From Cyanobacteria bacterium P01_A01_bin.123 (GTDB taxonomy: Bacteria; Cyanobacteriota; Cyanobacteriia; Phormidesmidales; Phormidesmidaceae), in the NCBI GenBank assembly GCA_039815185.1, contig JBCBZT010000101.1:1-12415 (forward strand): a stretch of 12,415 bases of DNA. Direction: 5' to 3'. The notes beneath the pieces are model-generated. The model ran no database searches. It was not told where the DNA came from and worked only from the letters and a program-made list of their open reading frames with translations. This document shows positions 6,477 through 12,415 of this stretch, one piece after another; within the stretch, counting starts at the first letter, position 1; every line of letters begins with the position of its first letter. A program made the position numbers and the translations under genes.

Positions 6477-8081
6477 TCAGCTCAATTGCACCACAGGCTG
6501 ATTATCGATCAGAGTATTGCCCGTGAGAATATCTTCTACGGTAATCCGCAGCAAGCGCTGGGCATCGATTTGAAACAGCACCTTGATTCGATCGCTCCCC
6601 GGAGAGCCAGGGGGATTGAGGGTGGCAATGGAACGGGCTCCGTCACGATCATTGAGGGGTTGTACGACTGGGTCACTGCCGGAGGTGAGGCGGCGGGTCA
6701 CCAAGCGATCGCCTTCAAAATACACTTCTGTGGTGGCTTGTTCTTGCCCCAATTCGCCCAAAATTAGTTCAATGCTGGGTTGCTTTTCGATCGAAGCACC
6801 CAAATAGAGTTCCACAGGCTTTTCCATCGGATAGGGTTGTCCCTGGCGAATGATCGGGTGCCAACTGTGACGACTGTTGCGACGATCCCAATAGCGAATG
6901 CCGTAGCTATGGTACAAAAAGTCTTTGAGTTCAATCCCCTGGGTGATTTGCAGGGCACCATGGGCGATCGCTTCAAAGGGGCGATCGCTGCGAATTTTTT
7001 CCGCCTCAAAAGTTTTGCCGACCCAGGCTTTCACCGCCGGAATTTGGGCCGTGCCCCCCACCAACAGCACCGCGTCCATATCGGCTAGTCCAATCCCCTG
7101 CCCACTGGCCTGTTGCAGCACCTGCTGTAGCCGCCCCTCAAGCCGTTCAAAAAACTGGTTGGCGTTGAGGATGGCTTCAAACCGATCGCGATCGAGGCTA
7201 AGTTCGACACTTTCAAAGGTTTCGTCATTGAAATAAACCTCTGTGGCTTGGGGTTGGGCCGAAAGGCTAATTTTCAACTGTTCTGCCAAGCGTAAGGTCA
7301 GGGGTGACACTGGCAGCCCTTGGGTTTCGGCAAAATAGTCGGCAATCCAGTTGTCTAAGTCGGCCCCGCCTAGGTTCTCTCCCGCTTTAGCCAGCACTCG
7401 CGCCGTCTTCACTCGCTGGGTTGAGCTTTCGGCCAAAGCGCGATCGCCCCATTTCAGCAAGAACCCCAGCGGTCGGCCACTGCCCTGAGTTGCGGCCAAT
7501 TGCACTAGAGAAAAATCCAGGGTGCCGCCGCCAAAGTCAATCACCAAGAGGGTTTCTCCCCCTTGCAGGCCATAGCTCAGCGCTGCTGCCGTGGGTTCAT
7601 CCAGTAGGCGCACCTGCGGTACTTGGAGTGCCTCACACACTTGCCCTAACCAGTAGCGGTAGGCTTCAAAGCTGTCTACCGGTACGGTAAAAACCAGCGA
7701 CTCCAGCGATTCAGCGGTACTGAGTTGGCTAATCACCTGCTGTAGAAATGTCTGCCCGACCTGCTCGAAGCTAATTTGCTGCCCATCAACTTCAGGTAAA
7801 AATCCTTGAATGTCTGTGCCAATGCCCCGCTTAAAGTTGCGGAAAAACCGTGAATCTTGAGCCACATCCAAACCGCGATCGCGTACGGGTTGCCCGACAA
7901 CCACTCGGGGCGCTACGCCGGACTGCAACGATTCTAAGTAGACCAAACTCGGTATCAGCGGTGGGTTTTGGCCAATACAGCGGGCTAAATCACCCAAATT
8001 AATCGTTTCTGCCTGTTGGGTCGCTGCATTCCAGCGGGCGACAACGGTATTACTGGTGCCAAAGTCGATGGCAAAGGTCAT
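6477..8081 (-). CDS. Hsp70 family protein (non-canonical DnaK-like)
   Basis: AIDFGTSNT, LLDEPTAAAL, IDFGGGTLDFS, LGGADLD and LLVGGTAQIP are present, with no C-terminal lid. ATG 8081 overlaps the upstream TGA (ATGA) and is preferred over 8138. Confidence 0.9.
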   Translation of the reverse strand: MTFAIDFGTSNTVVARWNAATQQAETINLGDLARCIGQNPPLIPSLVYLESLQSGVAPRVVVGQPVRDRGLDVAQDSRFFRNFKRGIGTDIQGFLPEVDGQQISFEQVGQTFLQQVISQLSTAESLESLVFTVPVDSFEAYRYWLGQVCEALQVPQVRLLDEPTAAALSYGLQGGETLLVIDFGGGTLDFSLVQLAATQGSGRPLGFLLKWGDRALAESSTQRVKTARVLAKAGENLGGADLDNWIADYFAETQGLPVSPLTLRLAEQLKISLSAQPQATEVYFNDETFESVELSLDRDRFEAILNANQFFERLEGRLQQVLQQASGQGIGLADMDAVLLVGGTAQIPAVKAWVGKTFEAEKIRSDRPFEAIAHGALQITQGIELKDFLYHSYGIRYWDRRNSRHSWHPIIRQGQPYPMEKPVELYLGASIEKQPSIELILGELGQEQATTEVYFEGDRLVTRRLTSGSDPVVQPLNDRDGARSIATLNPPGSPGSDRIKVLFQIDAQRLLRITVEDILTGNTLIDNQPVVQLS

Positions 8082-8875
8082 GATCGGGTCCGGGGGTAAA
8101 TGCGATCGCAAAAGAATAGCGTACCAGCCGTGATGCACAGCGGAATCGCCAGCAAATTGATCAGCGGAATGCTAACCAGGCCTAAGCAGAGTAATCCAAA
8201 GCTGGCACTAGCCGGCAGGGTACGGATCACAATCCCTAGCTTTTGACGGAATCGCAATCGTCGCCGTTCCAGCGGCGGGTCGAGAAAATCGAGACAGATC
8301 AGGGTCGTGAACAGGGTTACCCCGCCAACACTGGCGACCAATGTTCCCAAGCCTGGCAGCCAGCTACAGACAAACAAGCCAATCCCGATACAAACTGTCA
8401 GCAACAGCTTTTTAAGTTCAAAGGCGATCGCCCGCCACAGGTCATAGACAACTGCCCCCAAGCTAAAAGGCGTCGCTGCCGTTTGCTGACCAATTTTGAG
8501 GGCTTCTAGCTCCTCTGAAAGCTTGCCATAGAAGGGTGACCCCAACAAACCGCCAAATTGCAGTAGCACCAGTCCCATGACGATGAATAACAGCAGCACC
8601 AATATCGCTCGAATCAAATAGCTCACGAACTGTGCCCACTCGGGTAGATACGTGATCAGGGCATCAATGCGATTAAATCCCCACCAAAGTCCCCCTGCAT
8701 AGAGACTGACGCCCAATACTAAATTGATCAAAATTGGGAACACCACATAGGGGCGCAACCCTGGGTAAGCCAACAACATACGGATTGCCTTGAGAGGATA
8801 GACAAAGCCTAGGAACAAACCGCTAATGCCTGCCCCAGTCGGGGCCAGGGAATTCGGAAGCTCTGATTGAGTCAT
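8078..8875 (-). CDS. EI24/CysZ-like integral membrane protein
   Basis: P.LIN, SPFYGKLSE, LDFLDPPLERR.L.F and SIPLINLLAIP...AGTL match the EI24/CysZ pattern, with several hydrophobic helices. Confidence 0.8.
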   Translation of the reverse strand: MTQSELPNSLAPTGAGISGLFLGFVYPLKAIRMLLAYPGLRPYVVFPILINLVLGVSLYAGGLWWGFNRIDALITYLPEWAQFVSYLIRAILVLLLFIVMGLVLLQFGGLLGSPFYGKLSEELEALKIGQQTAATPFSLGAVVYDLWRAIAFELKKLLLTVCIGIGLFVCSWLPGLGTLVASVGGVTLFTTLICLDFLDPPLERRRLRFRQKLGIVIRTLPASASFGLLCLGLVSIPLINLLAIPLCITAGTLFFCDRIYPRTRS

Positions 8876-8881
8876 TGACGA

Positions 8882-9433
8882 TTATTCTGCAACTAGCGTC
8901 AAACCCACCAAACCGCCCAGACCTAACCCTAAAACACACAGGGCAGCTAGCAGCAACATGGCCTGAAAGCGCCGGAAGATCGCCAACATGCGATCGCCAA
9001 CGGCGGCACTTGAAATCGCAGCTAATGCAGCAGTGACAACGGCAACCAACACAATCAGGCTGGTGTTCATGATAGTTTCGTCGACCTCGATTTCATCTAT
9101 GGCAACTGGGGCCCGAAAATTCATCGCGATCGCCAATGCCACCACCATTAAGCCCGTACCAATAATCGACACCAGGGCTAAGAAATTAGCCGGGAGCCAG
9201 CGCATCCGGCTCAAAGACTGCGGGCCTGCCATCGTGATGGTTTGTAAAACCGTACCGCCTAAGGCTAAATTCCAGATCCAGTAGGGGGCCGGAAACGATG
9301 CCAAAAATAACCCAGCGAACCCATAGATTAAAATACAGAGAACTATGGGCCCCCATGGAATCCTAGACTGATTGCCAGGGCCAGGACGGGGTAACTTTAG
9401 GCGGAACCGCCGTCTTCGAGGAGGGGGAGTCAT
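8882..9433 (-). CDS. Hypothetical multi-pass membrane protein
   Basis: 183-aa ORF with a basic N-terminus and about 4-5 hydrophobic segments. It ends 6 bp before the next gene, consistent with an operon. Confidence 0.75.
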   Translation of the reverse strand: MTPPPRRRRFRLKLPRPGPGNQSRIPWGPIVLCILIYGFAGLFLASFPAPYWIWNLALGGTVLQTITMAGPQSLSRMRWLPANFLALVSIIGTGLMVVALAIAMNFRAPVAIDEIEVDETIMNTSLIVLVAVVTAALAAISSAAVGDRMLAIFRRFQAMLLLAALCVLGLGLGGLVGLTLVAE

Positions 9434-9522
9434 GGTGTGCTAGATCAACGGTTTTTCAATGAGTATACCTGGATTCAAGGGGTGGTGAAAGGCGCCGGAA
9501 TAAGCCGCAGGGGGGGTGAGGT

Positions 9523-9972
9523 TTGGTGATTCGATATTTTGCTCGATTAGGATACTGGCGGGGTGGCTTAATTGCGATCGCGTTGAGTCTGTCAATTTTG
9601 GTTTATGCCGTTGGAGTTGGGTCTGAACCATCGGCTACAGTGGGTGCCCAGACATTGATGGCACAGATTGAAGCCAACAATGCACCGCTGATTTTGGATG
9701 TTCGTAGTCCGGCAGAATTTGCCGGAGGTCACATTCCAGGGGCGGTCAATATTCCCTACCGAGCTTTGCCCGAGGGGCTAGTGGCTCTATCGATGCAACC
9801 CGGTCAAGCGGTGGTAGTGTACTGTGAGCGGGGGGTGCGGGCTGCAATCGCTGAAAATAGCCTCAAGGCAGCTGGCATCGATAATATAGTTCACCTGTCA
9901 GGGGATATGGTGGGTTGGCGAAAGTCCGGGCTCCCCATTGAAATTCCTGAAGCGGTTCCTACTGAACCTTAA
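9523..9972 (+). CDS. Single-domain rhodanese-like protein with an N-terminal signal/TM segment
   Basis: ILDVRSPAEFAGGHIPGAVNIP, active-site loop YCERGVRA and L.GDM.GW...GLP. The exact start (TTG 9523 or GTG 9526) is uncertain. Confidence 0.9.
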   Translation: MVIRYFARLGYWRGGLIAIALSLSILVYAVGVGSEPSATVGAQTLMAQIEANNAPLILDVRSPAEFAGGHIPGAVNIPYRALPEGLVALSMQPGQAVVVYCERGVRAAIAENSLKAAGIDNIVHLSGDMVGWRKSGLPIEIPEAVPTEP

Positions 9973-9987
9973 AGCGGTCGCCGCTTT
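9971..9987 (+). terminator. Short hairpin immediately after the rhodanese stop (possible terminator)
   Basis: AAAGCGG-TCG-CCGCTTT; the U-tract is short. Confidence 0.35.
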
Positions 9988-10202
9988 GGTAAGTTAAGCC
10001 GCGTCCACATCCAGATCCACTGTTTTCCGGGGCTAAAATTTCTCCTTTGGAGACGCTGTGCGAACAAGTTTTCAAATCAGATGTGGTTTAGCGCTTCAAT
10101 AGCTTCAAAATTTGAAATCAATTAGAGTATGCTCGATTGGTATAGGATTCACGACAGCTTCAGCTACCCCTCAGCGCGATCGTCACCAGACTGGATGATG
10201 CT

Positions 10203-11477
10203 ATGACTGTTGCTTTTAATGCATTGTTACAGGGGCTCTTGGCAGCCTCCAGTCTGTTGGTGGGTGGAGTACTGGGTACAGGCTGGCAACCAGGACGAGC
10301 TTTTTCGGCGGCCATCATGGCCTTTGGCAGTGGCACTTTGTTGTCTGCGATCGCGTTTGACATCACCATTCCCGTATTCCAGCAAAGTGGATTTTTGCCG
10401 CTACTGATTGGATTTATTATCGGCGGCACGTTGTTTACCGTCATCATTAGCTATATCGACGACCACGGCGGCTTTATTCGCCACCCTTCCTCTTCTCGGC
10501 GATTTCTTTACCAGCACCGTCAAGATGAAACCTCAGAAGTGCTCGATCGCATTGGTCACGTGGAAATGCTCCACAGTCTCTCACCGGGGGAAATGCAGGC
10601 GATTATTCCGCTGCTCAAATCCCTAATTGTAGAACCCAATACCCTCCTCTGTCGGGAGGGCGATCCAGGTAACGCCATGTTTTTAATCGTTGAGGGGGAA
10701 GCGGAAATTTTTAAGGGGCAACAGTTGATGGCGCGGCTGGGGCCAGGGGAAATGTTTGGGGAAATGGCCCTGCTGACCGGAGAGGATCGCTCGGCGACGG
10801 TGATTGCCAGCACCCCCATGGAACTCTATGAGCTGGATCGGACCGATTTTGATGCGATGCTGACGCGATCGCCCCAGTTAGCCAGCGGTCTCAGCCGGAT
10901 TTTGGCCCGTCGCCTACGCGACACGATGCAATCGGCCACGGAGGAGAAAACTGGCTCCGAAGAAAACTGGCGACGGCGCGTCCTCGAAAGTGTTGAAATC
11001 GAGATGCCCCTATCCGAGCAGGAAATTAAGCAGTTGGCTAAGAGTTCTACCCCAGTTGCGATTCTGGTCGGCACCTTGATGGACAACATTCCCGAATCCC
11101 TGGTGATCGGGTTTAATGCGGGCAGCGACCACGTCAGCCTGTCCTTTCTGCTGGCCGTGTTTCTGTCTAATCTGCCAGAAGCCTTGTCTAGTTCAACGGG
11201 CATGAAACGGGCGGGTACCCCAGCCCGTCGGATTTTGTTGCTATGGGGGGGGGCGGTAATCCTGAGTGGCATTATGGCGATGATTGGCAGTTTGCTCAGT
11301 GGGATCGCCACAGACTGGATGGTAGCGGGGGCTTCCGCCGTCGCTGGCGGCGCAATCCTATCTATGCTCGCGAGCACCATGATGCCCGAAGCTTATGAAC
11401 TAGGCGGCGGCTCGGTAACGTTTTCAACGATTTCAGGCTTTTTGCTCGGCTTTTGGGTCAGTTCGTCAAGTTGGTAA
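10203..11477 (+). CDS. ZIP-family metal transporter-like protein with an inserted cyclic nucleotide-binding domain
   Basis: N-terminal TMs with MAFGSGTLLSAIAFD, then a cNMP domain at aa ~113-240 (REGDPGNAMFLIVEG, FGEMALLTGEDRSATV). C-terminal ZIP TMs carry DNIPES, SNLPEA and AGGAILSML...MMPEAY. Confidence 0.85.
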   Translation: MTVAFNALLQGLLAASSLLVGGVLGTGWQPGRAFSAAIMAFGSGTLLSAIAFDITIPVFQQSGFLPLLIGFIIGGTLFTVIISYIDDHGGFIRHPSSSRRFLYQHRQDETSEVLDRIGHVEMLHSLSPGEMQAIIPLLKSLIVEPNTLLCREGDPGNAMFLIVEGEAEIFKGQQLMARLGPGEMFGEMALLTGEDRSATVIASTPMELYELDRTDFDAMLTRSPQLASGLSRILARRLRDTMQSATEEKTGSEENWRRRVLESVEIEMPLSEQEIKQLAKSSTPVAILVGTLMDNIPESLVIGFNAGSDHVSLSFLLAVFLSNLPEALSSSTGMKRAGTPARRILLLWGGAVILSGIMAMIGSLLSGIATDWMVAGASAVAGGAILSMLASTMMPEAYELGGGSVTFSTISGFLLGFWVSSSSW

Positions 11478-11495
11478 TTACCTGTTAGCGCTAGC

Positions 11496-11540
11496 AAACC
11501 CCAAGTTGCCAAGGCGTTAAGCCCTAGCAACTTGGGGTTT
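11496..11540. terminator. Long hairpin between convergent genes (probable bidirectional terminator)
   Basis: AAACCCCAAGTTGC / GCAACTTGGGGTTT 14-bp perfect arms. The inner 6 bp also pair on the minus strand with G-U (TAGGGC-TTAAC-GCCTTG). Confidence 0.6.
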
Positions 11541-11563
11541 AGCCTATTTTGTGTGGTGTGAGA

Positions 11564-11667
11564 TATGGCCGTAGTCACAAAGCTTTGTGCGCTACGGCGA
11601 GCCAGATTGCTTGTGTACTAGCATCCCAGCGAGACTAGGTGCATTAAGCAATCTGGCCAGCGCTATA
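11564..11667. mobile_element. 104-bp MITE/REP-like structured repeat, copy 2
   Basis: TATGGC...GCTATA ends, a GCCGTAG..CACAAAGCTTTGTG..CTACGGC hairpin and the same 12-bp arms (11601-11612 / 11646-11657) as the copy at 3682-3785. It ends 1 bp from the RTX stop codon. Confidence 0.75.
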
Positions 11668-11668
11668 A

Positions 11669-12415
11669 CTATGCCTGAACGACGAAGTTTGAGGCATCCA
11701 ATGTGGGTGCGCCTTCAATCGTTGCAAACTGAGCACCGTTCCCAAATCCATCATCCATACCATTGGGGTTGTAATACAAGTTCCCTGTTCCCGAACTGTA
11801 AACAATCGTGGCCTCGCTGAAGGCAGCCTCTTCAGCATTATTAACCACGGCAAATTCATTGGCAGAGAGCGATCCACCAATTGGACTCGTCAGTGCAGCA
11901 AAGACAGTGAGATCAAGCACAATACTGTCTATGGCTTCAAAGTTTTGGATTTGATTAGTACCAATATCAGCCGGGTCAAAGACCGTGCCAGTATCGAAGC
12001 CAAAGAAATCGGCACCATTACCACCGATCAAAATGTCATTGCCAGCTCCACCGATCAGCAAATCGGCACCATTACCACCAATCAGGATGTCATCCCCCTC
12101 ACCCCCAATTAAGATGTCATCCCCCTCACCACCATCAGCAACGATGGGGGTTGAGGTGCCAAAGGCATTCAAAAAGTCGTTTCCTTCACCACCGGAGAAG
12201 ACCACCTTTTGGACATCACTGCCTGTCAAGTCACCCACCGTGAGGGAATCATCGCCGCCTTGACCATTAATCTCGAACTGTTCAATCTCCTCGTTTGTGA
12301 GCGTGAACAGCCCTAGATTGAGGCGGTTGAAGATAGCTTGACCATTCACTTGACTCAGGTCAAACTCATCACCCGGGCCATCGGCACCGTTAACTTGGGT
12401 AACATCGAAGCCGAG
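11669..12415 (-). CDS. RTX/hemolysin-type calcium-binding repeat protein, 3' part; the 5' end lies outside the window
   Basis: Nonapeptide repeats GGEGDDILI x2, GGNGADLLI, GGAGNDILI, GGNGADFFG, and a C-terminal TGNLYYNPNG...LDASNF tail. The frame stays open from 12349 to the window edge (LGFDVTQVNGADGPGDEFDLSQ). Confidence 0.9.
   Translation of the reverse strand, partial: LGFDVTQVNGADGPGDEFDLSQVNGQAIFNRLNLGLFTLTNEEIEQFEINGQGGDDSLTVGDLTGSDVQKVVFSGGEGNDFLNAFGTSTPIVADGGEGDDILIGGEGDDILIGGNGADLLIGGAGNDILIGGNGADFFGFDTGTVFDPADIGTNQIQNFEAIDSIVLDLTVFAALTSPIGGSLSANEFAVVNNAEEAAFSEATIVYSSGTGNLYYNPNGMDDGFGNGAQFATIEGAPTLDASNFVVQA

Larger units (their letters stand above)
1216..10872. repeat. HIP1 octamer GCGATCGC, dispersed
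   Basis: About 22 copies counted by eye (for example 1216, 1248, 2451, 3531, 6033, 6964, 6981, 8102, 10865), far above chance expectation and typical of cyanobacteria. Confidence 0.9.

Noticed and set aside
6441..6482. Plus-strand ALTFVRLNGYELSA resembling a Doc/Fic toxin tail (in ORF 6234-6767)
   Set aside because: The HPFxDGNKR motif is absent and the ORF is antisense to mntA, the hsdS remnant and Hsp70; it is probably coincidence.
6477..8081. Calling the Hsp70 gene dnaK
   Set aside because: It is shorter, lacks the lid and canonical substrate-binding motifs, and has no grpE/dnaJ nearby.
10070..10145. Zur/Fur-type box upstream of the ZIP gene
   Set aside because: Only an imperfect TTCAAAATTTGAA palindrome is visible, with no TGATAATnATTATCA-like match.
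3682..11667. The two 104-bp copies as direct repeats bounding a composite element, or as CRISPR repeats
   Set aside because: The copies are diverged, there is no integrase or transposase between them, the enclosed genes include HIP1-rich native-looking ones, and there is no repeat-spacer periodicity.
8988..12263. Antisense ORFs 8988-9284, 10826-11380 and 11985-12263
   Set aside because: They are shadow frames opposite well-supported genes.

Overview
This window looks like cyanobacterial chromosomal DNA: I count about 22 HIP1 GCGATCGC octamers by eye. The left end (1-1126) appears to be the distal end of an integron-type cassette array. It holds the 5' end of a group IIC-attC intron on the minus strand, inserted at TTGT in an attC site, then a GNAT acetyltransferase cassette and a second, degenerate attC that abuts the chromosomal backbone. 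Minus-strand genes follow: a GT2 glycosyltransferase, a truncated Uma2 nuclease, dapF, an ICMT-like methyltransferase, an alpha/beta hydrolase, a HepT/MntA toxin-antitoxin pair preceded by a probable hsdS 3' remnant that the ORF track misses, an Hsp70-family protein, an EI24/CysZ-like protein and a membrane protein. The plus strand then carries a rhodanese and a ZIP-family transporter with a cyclic-nucleotide-binding domain inserted in its central loop. The window ends in the 3' part of an RTX protein. Two copies of a 104-bp structured MITE-like element with compensatory base changes, a GTAG REP-like repeat and several long hairpins lie between genes. All calls come from motif reading; no searches were run.
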